From contig OZ244899.1 in the NCBI GenBank assembly GCA_965221645.1, positions 2,581,458 through 2,645,457 on the forward strand: a stretch of DNA of 64,000 nucleotides. Reading direction: 5' to 3'. The position numbers and the translations under genes are program-made. The notes beneath the pieces were generated by a model that worked only from the letters and a program-made list of their open reading frames with translations, was not told the DNA's origin and ran no database searches. Shown here piece by piece: positions 1-10,855 of the stretch (position 1 is the first letter of the stretch; each line of letters opens with the position of its first letter). Origin of the DNA: Alphaproteobacteria bacterium (lineage in GTDB: Bacteria > Pseudomonadota > Alphaproteobacteria > Bin65).

Positions 1-328
1 TGCCATCCTTCAGGTAGACCACCGGATCGCCGATCATTTCCTTGTTCAGCGTGATCTGCTCGTAGGTTTCGCCATGCATGAAGGTTACGTCATCGCCATC
101 AATGAACAAGAACTGGTAAGCTTCCTCGTCCAGCCGCACCTTTTCGACGCTCTCTGCGGCGCGGAACCGCTCGTTGAGCTTGGTCCCGTCGCGAATGTCC
201 TTCATCTCTGCCTGGAGATAGGCGCCGCCCTTGCCGGGCTGCGTGTGCTGGATCTTGGCGACGCGCCACAGGCGACCGTCATGCTCGATAATGTTGCCAG
301 GGCGGATCGCATTGCCGTTGATTCGCAT
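1..328 (-). CDS. efp: Elongation factor P (runs off the window edge; not in ORF track)
   Basis: Manual translation from ATG at 328: MRINGNAIRPGNIIEHDGRLWRVAKIQHTQPGKGGAYLQAEMKDIRDGTKLNERFR; contains the EF-P PGKG loop. Confidence 0.95.
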   Translation of the reverse strand, partial: MRINGNAIRPGNIIEHDGRLWRVAKIQHTQPGKGGAYLQAEMKDIRDGTKLNERFRAAESVEKVRLDEEAYQFLFIDGDDVTFMHGETYEQITLNKEMIGDPVVYLKDG

Positions 329-777
329 AGCAAAGTGCTCTTGTCAGGAATCCGGTGAGTTGTCCGCAGGTGTCGGTCGCCTGCCTGTTACCGGTAACGC
401 ACTGATTCGATTTGTGCCAGTGTTTTCACAACGTGACGAATTCGCCTGAATTCCGGTCCCATTCGTTCAATACGCCGTCACGGCTCGGCCACCATTGACT
501 TGCAGCGGTACAAAGGCAGAGATTTGCAACCAGCATTTCCTTACTTTTATTGGAAAAAGACATCTTCTGTGCAACCAAGGAATTTGCTGGCACTGGTCGG
601 TCCTTTTCAAGGACAAGATCGAATCTGTGTCAGTGCAGGGTCTGGTGTTGTCTTCGCACAGGCTCCGATACCCTATGGCATTGCAGTTCTTCATCAGCCT
701 TGCCGACTACCGCGTATCGCAGGCGCTGCAGAAGTCCACGGATACTGTTTCCTGCCTTTGGCAGTTGTTCATCCCTG

Positions 778-899
778 GAGCCTGTTCCTGAAGTCGCGGG
801 TGGCCTCGGTCCAGGCCATGGTGTCCTCCATCGTCGGTGTCCAGACTCCCCGACAGGGTACCGCAGCGCGAGGCCTTGCGAGACTGCAGGAACAGGCTC
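778..899. mobile_element. MITE-like element, 122 bp
   Basis: Terminal inverted repeats GAGCCTGTTCCTGAAGTC (778-795) and GACTGCAGGAACAGGCTC (882-899) match at 17/18 positions; CTG flanks both sides (775-777, 900-902). Confidence 0.55.
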
Positions 900-973
900 C
901 TGAAGGTAAAGAGCCTTGTAGCTGCGGCCGATCTGCTTCGTGCCTGCATGGAATAAAATATCCGACCGATTGT

Positions 974-1879
974 TCACATGTCCTTAATAATCTTGCGTAT
1001 CTCTTCGGAGGCCATATTTCTTATGTGCTTGCCGAATATCCATCGATGTCCTTCCGGGTCCTCGGCCCTGTATTGCCGTTCACCGAAGGGCTGGTCGGTC
1101 GGTTCGGCGATGATCGTCGCACCGTTGTTCCGGGCGCGCTCGAAGTGCGCGTCCACATCGTCGACGTAACAGAAAACCTGACTGTAGTAGCCGCCATTCC
1201 CCGGTGGGGCCTGACTCATCTCGGTAAAGGCGCTGGCAAGCATGATGATATTGTCTCCAAAGCCCATTTCCGCATGGCCAATCCGGCCGTCCTTCATCGC
1301 GAAAGCATTACGCTTGTGAAATCCGAATGCCCTGGCGAGGAAATCCAGCGCAGCCGATGCGTCGCGATAGACCAGCATGGGGATAATCCGCTGCATGCCG
1401 GACGGCGGATTCTGGATTCCTGGCTCCGACAGGAAGGGCGTCATGCCATCCCGTGCGAGTCGATCTGCGCGCTCGTTGCCCTCGCTGCCGGCGTGGCCTT
1501 TCACCCATTTCCATGTGATGGTCCGGGCGGCCTGCAGCGTATCCAGTGCCTGCCAAAGATCCCGGTTTTTGACCTGTTTCTTGTCGGAGGTCTGCCAACC
1601 TTTGGCCTTCCACCCTGTAATCCACCGAGTGATGCCGTTCTTCACATAGCTGCTGTCAGTATAAAGCGTCGCGGAACCGCCCGGATTCACGTTGGTCAAC
1701 GCCTCAATCGCGGCTTGCAGTTCCATACGGTTGTTTGTGGTCTCCCGGGCGCCACCCTTCAGCGTTCTTTCGTTGTTGCCCTGCCGGATCAAAACACCCC
1801 AGCCTCCCGGACCCGGGTTGCCGCTGCAGGCGCCATCGGTGTAGAGATCAAGCGGCTCATCTGATGGATTGACGGTCAT
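974..1879 (-). CDS. rnhA: Ribonuclease HI fused to a C-terminal VOC/glyoxalase (PhnB-like) domain
   Basis: N-terminal [40 protein letters not shown]; C-terminal [23 protein letters not shown]...[22 protein letters not shown]; downstream of thrB. Confidence 0.9.
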   Translation of the reverse strand: MTVNPSDEPLDLYTDGACSGNPGPGGWGVLIRQGNNERTLKGGARETTNNRMELQAAIEALTNVNPGGSATLYTDSSYVKNGITRWITGWKAKGWQTSDKKQVKNRDLWQALDTLQAARTITWKWVKGHAGSEGNERADRLARDGMTPFLSEPGIQNPPSGMQRIIPMLVYRDASAALDFLARAFGFHKRNAFAMKDGRIGHAEMGFGDNIIMLASAFTEMSQAPPGNGGYYSQVFCYVDDVDAHFERARNNGATIIAEPTDQPFGERQYRAEDPEGHRWIFGKHIRNMASEEIRKIIKDM

Positions 1880-1894
1880 GCGCGTTATTCCAAG

Positions 1895-2863
1895 CTAGAC
1901 CAGACCCAGTTCGCCCGGTCGTTTCGTGCCTTGATGAAAGCGAAGCTTGCGGTAGTATTCCAGAGGATCGTGCGGGATGACCAGCGCCCCTTGCGGATGG
2001 TGCAGCCAGTCGTGCATGCGGGTCAGCAGGAACCGCAGGGCGCTACCCCTGAGCAGGATCGGAATTGCTTCGAGTTCCTCCTGAGAAAAGGGACGCACCT
2101 TGCGATAAGAATTCAGCATGTGTCGCGCCTTGGTAACGTTGAAGCTGCCATCCTTCTCGAAACACCAGGCGTTGATGCAGATTGCCAAGTCGTAAGCCAG
2201 GAAGTCGCTGCAGGCGAAATAGAAGTCAATCAGTCCGGAAACATCTGCACCCAGAAAGAAGACATTGTCCGGGAACAGGTCGGCATGGATCACGCCGCGC
2301 GGCAGCGCTTCTTCTCCCAGCCAGTTTTCTTCCAAAAACTCCAATTCCCGTTCGATTTCGTTGGCCAGACCATTCTCTACCTCGTTGGCGCGAGGGCTGC
2401 AGTGGTCAAATAGCAGTCGCCAATCTGGAAGGCTGAGAGTGTTGGCCCGTGTCATTGTGAAGTCGTCTGTGGCCAGGTGCATGTTGGCCAACGCTTCGCC
2501 CAGCGGCGCACAATGCCTGACGTCGACCCGGCGCGGTGAAATGCCCTGGAGGAACGAAATGATCGCCGCCGGGCGTCCTGCAAGGGTGCGTAGCGCCTCG
2601 CCATCCTTGCCGTGAATCGGCGTGGGACAGGCAATGCCGACCGCCGCGAGATGATCCATCAAAGCCAGGAAGAAGGGCAGATCCGCCAGATCGACCCTTT
2701 TTTCATAAAGTGTCAAGATGAAGCTGTCTTGATCCGTCTGCAGGAAGTAATTCGAGTTTTCGACACCCTCTGCAATGCCTTTGCAAGAGGCCAGCGTGCC
2801 GATGTCGTATGCGCAGAGAAACGCCTCGAGTTCATCATCCGCAACCTGTGTATAGACCGCCAT
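1895..2863 (-). CDS. thrB: Homoserine kinase (type II, APH-like)
   Basis: MAVYT start, GIAEGVENSNY, LPRGVIHADLFPDNVFF, GLIDFYFAC. Confidence 0.95.
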   Translation of the reverse strand: MAVYTQVADDELEAFLCAYDIGTLASCKGIAEGVENSNYFLQTDQDSFILTLYEKRVDLADLPFFLALMDHLAAVGIACPTPIHGKDGEALRTLAGRPAAIISFLQGISPRRVDVRHCAPLGEALANMHLATDDFTMTRANTLSLPDWRLLFDHCSPRANEVENGLANEIERELEFLEENWLGEEALPRGVIHADLFPDNVFFLGADVSGLIDFYFACSDFLAYDLAICINAWCFEKDGSFNVTKARHMLNSYRKVRPFSQEELEAIPILLRGSALRFLLTRMHDWLHHPQGALVIPHDPLEYYRKLRFHQGTKRPGELGLV

Positions 2864-3230
2864 GACGGCTCCTTACGCTTCCGCTGACGGCGAGGCAACC
2901 AGGAGGCACCAAGCGCTTGATATCACGTCAATTTTCCCATGTCGCGAGTCTGGTTCCAGGTTCCCCTCGCTCTCAGAACGGACGTCTGGCATGACGATCC
3001 TTGCGACGGGTTGATGGAGCCGCTGCGGCATTGGCCGGTGCTGGTTGATCTGTCGATTGTCCGTGTTGTAGTGGGAAAGCCTCCTTTCTCGAAACGCTCT
3101 CGCAACGTGCCGATGGTGTTGGCCATGTCATGCGGTTCATTCAGTGAACTCTCCGTCCTCAGGGACATCCGCATGCCGTTGAATTGCATCTGGACACACT
3201 CGAAATCTACCGGTCTGTTCCCGGGGCTGC

Positions 3231-4841
3231 CTATACCGCCATCGCCATGCCATCGGTTGCCGGATCCGCCCCGCCGTCCCATCGGCCGTCCACGATCCGT
3301 ATCGCGTGCACCCAGGCCGAGGTATAGGGGTATGGCTGGCGGATCACCGGATAGCCCAGGGCGCACAGGTCGCGTTCGACTGTGCGCAGGATTCGGTTTG
3401 ACAGTTCGACAAAGTTTGAGGTGGCCGCGATCCGTGGGGCGATGATGGCTTCCTGTGCTGTCATGCCGAAGTCAATGACGTTCAGAATGACTTGCAGATT
3501 GCCCATGGTGATGTAGGTGGCGCCGGGAGCGCCGAGCACCAGAAAGGGTTCATCATTGTCGAACACGATAGTAGGGGACAGCGCGGTAAACCGGGCCTTG
3601 CCCGGCGCAAGAGACCCAGACCGTCCTGGCCGCGGATCAAAGACTGCCATACCACCGTTATACATGAACCCTAGGCCGTCCGTGACGACCCCGGACGGCT
3701 GCCCCAGCGTGTGAGTCATCGTCACACAATTGCCGTGTTCGTCGACGACGGATACTTGCGTCGTGTGCCTGCTTTCCTGACCGCCATTGTTGACCCTTGG
3801 CACATCTGCTTTCGCACCGTGCCGGATACGATCTGCCATTTCCGCCGCGTAGGCCTTTGACGTCAGTTCTTCAATGGGAATGCTGCAGAACTTCGGGTCA
3901 CCGACCTTCGTGTCCTTGTCGACCGTGGCAATCTTCATCGCTTCGGCCACAACCCGCACGTATTCGCTGCTGTTGTGTCCGATCGCCGCGAGATCAAAGT
4001 TTTCCAGGATATTCAGCATCTCGACAAGCATCACGCCACCGCCGGGCGGCTGGTTGGTCGTGATCCGGTAGCCTCTATACGTACCTTCCAGGACCGGATT
4101 CTCCTCCGGTCTGCAGGTCGATAGATCATCCTGAACAATCAGGCCGTCATTTGCCTCCATGTCCGCAAGGATCATGGAGGCAATGTCGCCTTCGTAGAAC
4201 TCAGCGATGCCTTGATCGGCAATCCGGCGTAACGTCCATCCCATGTCCGGGTTGCGCAGAATCTCGCCAACCTCGTGAAGCTTTCCGTCCTCACGACAAT
4301 AGATCTTTCGGGTTGCCGGCAGCTTGGTCACCATGCTGATATTGGCGTCGCGGCCCTTGACCGGCGGCAGGTTCCAGTACTGGCTCATGTGCGGGCGGAC
4401 CATGACGCCGTCTTCACACCAGGCGATGGCCGGTTCAAGCAGGCGCGCCAGATCAATCGTTCCCCAGCGGCGCAGGGCCTCGTCAAAAGCTGCCAGGCTG
4501 CGCGGCGTGGTGATGGATTTGTACCCAAATTCGTTCACACGATCCTTCAGGATGAATCCCCACCCATCAAGCGCTTCGTGTTCGATCAGGTTCTCCCACA
4601 TGTCCGGTCTGGTGGCGAGTGGAGAGCGGCCGTGGAAATCGAGCGTGGTGTGTACGCGCCGGGATGGCAGATAGACCTGCATGTTGCCAAAGCCGGCGAC
4701 CCCGCACATTTGCGGATCCACAACAGTCTGTACAAGGGCGCAAGCGATGGCTGCATCAATGGCGTTACCGCCAGCCCTGAAAGCGTCGAGCCCTGCTTCA
4801 ACCGCCTCAGGCTGCGGCGCAGATATCATCCCGTGGGTCAT
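3231..4841 (-). CDS. Gamma-glutamyltransferase family protein
   Basis: GGNAIDAAIA, HTTQVSVVDEHGN (nucleophile Thr), GAPGATYI, DGGADP; start moved to MTHG at 4841. Confidence 0.9.
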   Translation of the reverse strand: MTHGMISAPQPEAVEAGLDAFRAGGNAIDAAIACALVQTVVDPQMCGVAGFGNMQVYLPSRRVHTTLDFHGRSPLATRPDMWENLIEHEALDGWGFILKDRVNEFGYKSITTPRSLAAFDEALRRWGTIDLARLLEPAIAWCEDGVMVRPHMSQYWNLPPVKGRDANISMVTKLPATRKIYCREDGKLHEVGEILRNPDMGWTLRRIADQGIAEFYEGDIASMILADMEANDGLIVQDDLSTCRPEENPVLEGTYRGYRITTNQPPGGGVMLVEMLNILENFDLAAIGHNSSEYVRVVAEAMKIATVDKDTKVGDPKFCSIPIEELTSKAYAAEMADRIRHGAKADVPRVNNGGQESRHTTQVSVVDEHGNCVTMTHTLGQPSGVVTDGLGFMYNGGMAVFDPRPGRSGSLAPGKARFTALSPTIVFDNDEPFLVLGAPGATYITMGNLQVILNVIDFGMTAQEAIIAPRIAATSNFVELSNRILRTVERDLCALGYPVIRQPYPYTSAWVHAIRIVDGRWDGGADPATDGMAMAV

Positions 4842-5208
4842 GGTGAGGACTTCATTTTTCCTTGTTGGAGATGCAGTCAGCGTCAAGCGGGTTGAGATGC
4901 GTCGCCAGGGAGCATTTCGTCGGTGCGCGGCGCTCGAAGGCCGAAATGCGTCTCGCAGCGCTGTTGATTGCGGACGGATTGCATGAACGACCCGTTCCTC
5001 GGTGTGGTTCCGTCCACAGAAAGGCCATTGTGGCGTCCCGTCGATTGCCGGTCAGGCTCCGTGTGTCGGGCGAAACGCTGCCTTGTCGCGGGGCCGCCTT
5101 GCTGTGGAAAGAGGGAGGCAGTGGTCTCCAGCCGTTTTCCAGCCTGCTCTCAAGCTGCTCAAAGCGCCCTGCGGGCGTAGCTGTTTGATGCAGGTCCATG
5201 ACGTTGTT

Positions 5209-5808
5209 CTAAGCGGTTACCTGGTTCTTGACCGGGATCCGGTTCCGTAAAGCCGCGACAGTGGCATCAGAAGTTGAAACAAGGCCGAAATGCGTGCCGA
5301 TATCGTAAAGGCTCGATTCCTGTTCGCGAGGGCCGGTGGCGGCCACCGCGTCTTTCGGCACGATCACGCGATAGCCGTGAAAGAAGGCATCATGGACCGT
5401 GGAGCGGACGCAGATGTTGGTGACAACGCCTGCCACGATCACTGTGTCAACCTGCATGTCTTTCAGCGACAGGTCGAGGTCTGTGTTGAAGAAGCCGGAA
5501 TAGCGCCGCTTGACGATGTGCAAGTCGCCTTCTTGCTGGTCCAGTTCTTCGATTACCCTGGCGCCCCATGTACCCTCGACGCAGTGCGGTGTCCGTTTCA
5601 GGAATTCCCGCTCCCGACGCGCCTCCGGGCGGTGGCTGTCGATGACGAACGCAACAACCCCGCCGTTTTCCCGAACTGCTCCGATCAGCGCGTTTTGCGG
5701 TTCGAGCAGCGCCTCGTGTCCCGGCAGGACCATGGCGCCGCCTTCGCTGCAAAAGTCGTTCAGCATGTCCACGATGAGGACAGCCGTGTTGGGCGGCGAC
5801 AGCATCAT
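5209..5808 (-). CDS. Isochorismatase-family cysteine hydrolase
   Basis: LIVDMLNDF, KRRYSGFFNTDLD, GVVTNICVRSTVHDA. Confidence 0.9.
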   Translation of the reverse strand: MMLSPPNTAVLIVDMLNDFCSEGGAMVLPGHEALLEPQNALIGAVRENGGVVAFVIDSHRPEARREREFLKRTPHCVEGTWGARVIEELDQQEGDLHIVKRRYSGFFNTDLDLSLKDMQVDTVIVAGVVTNICVRSTVHDAFFHGYRVIVPKDAVAATGPREQESSLYDIGTHFGLVSTSDATVAALRNRIPVKNQVTA

Positions 5809-5880
5809 GCTGTCGTCATTGTATCGATGGGCGGAAAACGTATCGAGAATCTCGACCTCCGTCCGCTGAGTCAGGCGATC

Positions 5881-7659
5881 CTATTGTCCTGCAGCCAGCA
5901 TCTCGACCATTCGGTCCCGCATGACAAATTTTTGCGGTTTGCCGGTGACTGTCATGGGTAATTCGTCGACGAAACGCACATGGCGCGGGATCTTGTAGTG
6001 AGCGATCTGACCGTGACAGAATTCCCGGATCGAGTCTTCAGTCTCGCTGGTGCCGTCCCTCAAGACGATCCAGGCGCAGACGATTTCTCCGAGCTTTGCA
6101 TCCGGCACGCCGAACACCTGCACCTGTTGAATGCTTTGGTTTTGCAGCAGGAATTCCTCCACTTCCCGAGGATAGATGTTTTCGCCGCCACGGATCAACA
6201 TGTCCTTCACCCGCCCGACAATATTGCAGTAGCCTTCGGCATCAATGATCGCCAGATCACCCGTGTGCATCCAGCCGTCGGTATCCACGGCTTCTTTCGT
6301 ACGATCCAGATCGTCCCAGTAGCCCCGCATGACAGAATAGCCGCGGGTACACAATTCGCCACGCTCGCCAACCGGGAGGACATTGCCGTTCGCGTCGATT
6401 ACCTTGCACTCCACATGGGGCTGGATGCGGCCGACGGTAGATACGCGCTTTTCGATCGGGTCGTCGGTGCCGCTCTGAAAGGATACCGGACTCGTCTCGG
6501 TCATGCCGTAGGCGATGGTAATTTCGGACATGTTCATGTCTTTGACAACCTGCTTCATCGTTTCGATGGGGCAGGGGGCGCCGGCCATGATACCGGTACG
6601 GAGCACACTCAGGTCGGCATCTTCAAAAGAAGGATGAGCGAGTATGGCAACAAACATGGTCGGTACGCCGTAAAGACCGGTGCACTGTTCGTCGTGCAGG
6701 GCTTTCAGGGTTTCTCCGGGATCGAATCCCTCACCGGGGAAAACCATCGTCGCCCCCTTTGTCACGCAGCCCAGCGTGCCCATCACCATGCCGAAGCAAT
6801 GGTACAGAGGGACCGGTATGCACAGCCGGTCTTCATCCGTCAATCGGATGGCATCCGTGACGAACCGCCCGTTGTTGACGATGTTCCGATGCGTAAGGGT
6901 CGCGCCCTTGGGAGCACCCGTGGTACCGCTTGTAAACTGGATGTTGATCGAATCGTCCGGGGCAAGCGATGCGCCGATATCGTCCACCATGCGCAGCGAC
7001 GCCGGACCACCCATGCCCTCGATGTCCCAGAAATTGAACATGCCCGGTGATGTTTCTGCGCCCATGCGAATCACGGTTGTCAAGTGTGGAAGTTTCTCCG
7101 CCTTCAGCTTGCCGGGCTCCGCCAGATCGAGCTCCGGCGCCAGAGCCTGCAGCATTTCGAGATAGTGACTGGTCTTGAATGACTCGGCGAGTATCAGTCC
7201 TTTGCAACCGACCTTGTTGAGCGCGTATTCGAGTTCCGCCAAGCGATAGGCAGGATTGATGTTGACCATTATCAGGCCGATCTCGGCAGTGGCGAACTGT
7301 GTGAGCAGCCATTCCGCCCGGTTCGTGGACCAGATGCCGATCCGGTCTCCCTTTTCGAAACCCAGCGACAGCAGTCCGGCGGCCAATTGACGGCTCTTCT
7401 CCTTGAGTTCGCCGTAGCTCCAGCGCAGGCCCGAATCGCAAAATACAGCTGCGGTGGTCGATGGATGTTGCCGGGCGGTTTTTGCGAGCAGATTGCCGAT
7501 GGTCAGATCGAGCAGCGGCGGGTTCAGCGCGCCGACCACATGGGATTGGCCCTCGCGCGGTGTCTGGTCGCCAACTTCGCCTGTTTTCCCCACTGATGCT
7601 GTCGTTCTGTCGAGGGAGGTGATCGGTCTGCTCAGGTCAACGGTCCATTCGGTGGGCAT
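5881..7659 (-). CDS. Acyl-CoA synthetase (AMP-binding)
   Basis: [44 protein letters not shown]. Confidence 0.92.
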   Translation of the reverse strand: MPTEWTVDLSRPITSLDRTTASVGKTGEVGDQTPREGQSHVVGALNPPLLDLTIGNLLAKTARQHPSTTAAVFCDSGLRWSYGELKEKSRQLAAGLLSLGFEKGDRIGIWSTNRAEWLLTQFATAEIGLIMVNINPAYRLAELEYALNKVGCKGLILAESFKTSHYLEMLQALAPELDLAEPGKLKAEKLPHLTTVIRMGAETSPGMFNFWDIEGMGGPASLRMVDDIGASLAPDDSINIQFTSGTTGAPKGATLTHRNIVNNGRFVTDAIRLTDEDRLCIPVPLYHCFGMVMGTLGCVTKGATMVFPGEGFDPGETLKALHDEQCTGLYGVPTMFVAILAHPSFEDADLSVLRTGIMAGAPCPIETMKQVVKDMNMSEITIAYGMTETSPVSFQSGTDDPIEKRVSTVGRIQPHVECKVIDANGNVLPVGERGELCTRGYSVMRGYWDDLDRTKEAVDTDGWMHTGDLAIIDAEGYCNIVGRVKDMLIRGGENIYPREVEEFLLQNQSIQQVQVFGVPDAKLGEIVCAWIVLRDGTSETEDSIREFCHGQIAHYKIPRHVRFVDELPMTVTGKPQKFVMRDRMVEMLAAGQ

Positions 7660-7661
7660 GG

Positions 7662-10094
7662 TTACAAGGTCCGCCAGTCTTCGTCCTGTTCAAATGCGTG
7701 CGCTGCTCGATAGATCGTCGATTCGTCATAATGCTTGCCCGTCAGCATGAGGCCGACTGGCAGACCGTCGCTCAGCCCGCACGGCACGCTCATGGACGGG
7801 TGGCCTGTAATGTCGAATGGCGACGTGTTGTTTACCATTTCAAAGGCGCGTTGCAAAATCAAGTCCAGCGGCGCGTCGTGGCCTGGAATCGGCGGGGCAA
7901 CCATCGGCAGGGTCGGCATCAGCAACAGATCGTAACGGCGCAATGCGTCGTCGTACTCCGCACTCAGGCGGCGGGTCAGGTTCTGGGACTTGGCATAGTA
8001 AAGTCCCCGATGATGCTTCAGCATGTATTCGCCGATCATCATCGTGATCTTCAGGCTGTGAGACAACTCGTTGGCCCGGGACCGCCAGTTGGAATGGGCA
8101 TCCAGGAGACTTGTGATGTAGAGCCCCTTCCAACTTGTGCCAAATGCGTTGCCGTGCATCATCATGTTGGTTGCGCCTTCGATGGCGATCGGCGTCCAGA
8201 TGGACACCCCATCCAGATGCATCGGGATGGAAATATCCTCAACTGTCGCACCCATCGCGCGATACCGCTCGGCTGCCGCCCTGACCTTGGCAGTCACGCC
8301 TGGTTCGCTGTTTTCCCAGTTGAAGCCTTCCCGAACAACGCCGATCCGCATGCCGCCGACGCCGCGGCCCAGCGCTTGGGTGTAGACGTCCACGCATGGT
8401 TTGTATTGCCGTGGGTCGAGCCCGTCTTCGCCGGCGATCACTTCCAGCGTCAGGGCATTGTCATACACATTCTGGGTCATCGGACCCGTGTGATCGATGG
8501 TCGGTTCAATGGGCATGATGCCGGTGTATGGCACCAAGCCGTGGGTCGGCTTCATGCCGTAACAACCGCTGAAAGACGCCGGGATGCGAATGGATCCTCC
8601 CTGATCGCCGCCAATGGCTATGTCGACTTCGCCAGCCCCGACAAGCGCGCCGGAGCCGGAGGACGAGCCTCCGGCCGTGTGTCCGGTTTTCCAGGGATTG
8701 TGCACGGGTCCGGTCGCATTTGTGTGACTGCCGCCGGACAGGCAGAAATATTCGCAATGGGCCTTGCCGGCGATCGTTGCGCCGGCATCCAGCAATCGGG
8801 TTACGATGGTGGCATCCAATTCCGGCGTATAACCCTCCAGCGTCGAAGATCCGTTCATCATCGGTACGCCGGCGAGACAGACATTGTCTTTCAGCGCAAC
8901 CCTCTTGCCCTCCAGTCTGCCACTCGTCGCGCCGGACACCTCGCATTTGTAGTACCAGGCGTTCATCGGGTTTTCTTTCTCGCTTGGGCGATGGCCCGGC
9001 GTACGCGGATACTTCACCTTGGGCGGTGTGTCGGGGATGGAGTCGACCCTGTCATAAGCTGCCAGGGTCGGCTCCATGTTATCGAGGAAGAGCTGGGTCT
9101 CGTTATCGCTCATGCTCATCCCAAACGAACGGACGATCTCCCGCATCTGTTCCAGGGTCGGTCGTCTAACAGTCATGTAGTTTCCTATCAGGTTGGCTAA
9201 CGCAGCGTGCGGCTGGGGTACAGTCGGCAGGATGGCAGCAACGCGGTTTTCATGAGGCGTTGCCGGCATGGTTTGGGTCGATGGACGAGCCGAGGTTGCC
9301 GGGGGTGCTGTCATTTGCGATCGACCGGTGTCGGCATGGGAGGATGTGCTGCCAAGCCCGGCAAATTCCTCGATCAACCCGGTGGCTCCGAACTGGTCGC
9401 GCTGGATTTCGGCCTTCACCGCACCCCGCTCCAGGACCAGGATCCGATCCGACAGCCGGGTCAGGAATTCAAGATTCTGCTCGACCAGCAACAGCGTGAT
9501 CCCCCGGCTGGCGCGAATGGTTGCGAGCGTTTCGGCCATCTCCTCGATAATCGACGGCTGAATTCCTTCTGTCGGTTCGTCCAGCAGCACCAGGATCGGG
9601 TCGGCGATCAGACATCGGGCCACCGCGAGAATCTGCTGTTCGCCGCCGCTCAAAACGCCTCCCTGACGGTCCAGGATGGGCGCCAGGCGCGGAAATTCGG
9701 CGACGATACGGTCGATTCCGGCTTCTACTGCACCGTCGCCGGTTTCTTCACTCCATGCAAACTTCAGGTTTTCCCGGGCCGTCAGGTTGGCAAAGATTCC
9801 ACGGCCCTGTGGCACGTAGCCAAAGCCAAGCCGACTGCGCTTCCAGGTCGGCATTCGGGTAACAGGCGCGCCATCGAACGTGATCTGTCCTCCCGTCGCA
9901 GGAAGGAGACCCATGAGGGTCTTGAGCAATGTGGATTTGCCCATGCCGTTGTGGCCCAGCAAACCGAGCACCTCGTTTTCCGCCAGATCCATGGACACGC
10001 CGCGCAGAACCGGAATATCGCCGTATCCGGCGCGCAATTTCTCGATCGTCAGGAGGGCGTCGCGCCTTGATGCTGTTTCCGGGGTGCTGCTCAT
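7662..10094 (-). CDS. ABC ATP-binding subunit (UrtE/LivF-like) fused in frame to an amidase-signature amidase
   Basis: From MSSTPET (10094): [24 protein letters not shown]; ~60 aa Pro/Thr-rich linker; then MTVRRPT (9176) with [21 protein letters not shown]. Confidence 0.85.
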   Translation of the reverse strand: MSSTPETASRRDALLTIEKLRAGYGDIPVLRGVSMDLAENEVLGLLGHNGMGKSTLLKTLMGLLPATGGQITFDGAPVTRMPTWKRSRLGFGYVPQGRGIFANLTARENLKFAWSEETGDGAVEAGIDRIVAEFPRLAPILDRQGGVLSGGEQQILAVARCLIADPILVLLDEPTEGIQPSIIEEMAETLATIRASRGITLLLVEQNLEFLTRLSDRILVLERGAVKAEIQRDQFGATGLIEEFAGLGSTSSHADTGRSQMTAPPATSARPSTQTMPATPHENRVAAILPTVPQPHAALANLIGNYMTVRRPTLEQMREIVRSFGMSMSDNETQLFLDNMEPTLAAYDRVDSIPDTPPKVKYPRTPGHRPSEKENPMNAWYYKCEVSGATSGRLEGKRVALKDNVCLAGVPMMNGSSTLEGYTPELDATIVTRLLDAGATIAGKAHCEYFCLSGGSHTNATGPVHNPWKTGHTAGGSSSGSGALVGAGEVDIAIGGDQGGSIRIPASFSGCYGMKPTHGLVPYTGIMPIEPTIDHTGPMTQNVYDNALTLEVIAGEDGLDPRQYKPCVDVYTQALGRGVGGMRIGVVREGFNWENSEPGVTAKVRAAAERYRAMGATVEDISIPMHLDGVSIWTPIAIEGATNMMMHGNAFGTSWKGLYITSLLDAHSNWRSRANELSHSLKITMMIGEYMLKHHRGLYYAKSQNLTRRLSAEYDDALRRYDLLLMPTLPMVAPPIPGHDAPLDLILQRAFEMVNNTSPFDITGHPSMSVPCGLSDGLPVGLMLTGKHYDESTIYRAAHAFEQDEDWRTL

Positions 10095-10135
10095 TGCGCT
10101 GCCGCCGGCCGGGCCATTCCGGAACGCAACTGCCG

Positions 10136-10855
10136 TCATTGCGATTTGCCCAGATAAACATCGCGGACCACGGGGTCGCGCAGGACGGTGTCGACGTGGC
10201 CTTCCGTGAGAATCCGACCCTGATGCAGGACCGTGACCGTATTCGCAAGCTGACGAATGAAATGCATATCGTGCTCGACAACGATTATGGCCGCTCGTTC
10301 GTTCATCTCGCGGATTACTGCGACGGCGCGCTCGGCTTCGTCTGCAGTCAGTCCGGCGGCCGGCTCGTCCAGGAGTATCAGCCATGGATTGCCTGCCAGA
10401 ACGGTACCGAATTCTACCAACTGGCGGCGGCCGTGGGCAAGATTTCCGACCAGATCACCGGCGCTGTCTGCGATACCGATCCGCTCCAGCGTTTCCGAAA
10501 CAATCCGGTTGGCGCTCCGTGTCGTATTCAGTCGCCGGGCTGCGATCCAGATATTTTCTCGTACCGACAATCCGTTCATCACGCTTGGCACCTGAGTCTT
10601 GATGCCGACGCCAAGTCCAGCGATCTGATGCGGATGTGCGCCGATGCAATCGATTCCGCGAATCCGGATGTCACCTTCAGTGGGTCGAAGCATCCCGGTC
10701 AGGCATTTGAAGAAGGTGCTCTTTCCGGCACCGTTCGGACCGATGAGGCAACGCAGTTCCTTGTCCGCCAGAGTAAAGTCCACGGATTCGAGCGCGGATA
10801 CGCCGCCGAAACGGACGCAGACGCCCCTTGCTTCGACGACTCCGTCACGCACCAT
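10136..10855 (-). CDS. ABC transporter ATP-binding subunit (UrtD/LivG-like)
   Basis: GPNGAGKST, LAHGRRQ, LLDEPAAG, VEHDM; start at MVRDG. Confidence 0.9.
   Translation of the reverse strand: MVRDGVVEARGVCVRFGGVSALESVDFTLADKELRCLIGPNGAGKSTFFKCLTGMLRPTEGDIRIRGIDCIGAHPHQIAGLGVGIKTQVPSVMNGLSVRENIWIAARRLNTTRSANRIVSETLERIGIADSAGDLVGNLAHGRRQLVEFGTVLAGNPWLILLDEPAAGLTADEAERAVAVIREMNERAAIIVVEHDMHFIRQLANTVTVLHQGRILTEGHVDTVLRDPVVRDVYLGKSQ

Noticed and set aside
500-1864. Long ORFs antisense to or overlapping real genes (e.g. 500..1864, 7698..9200, 24631..26799, 37475..38716, 48102..49586)
   Set aside because: Shadow frames of well-supported genes in high-GC DNA; no recognisable motifs.
2880-3230. Possible ispH remnant upstream of thrB
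   Set aside because: Only a short LPR-like stretch; I could not support homology.
4842-5208. Short ORFs between the cysteine hydrolase and GGT genes
   Set aside because: No motif or clear RBS; may be a remnant but cannot be identified.
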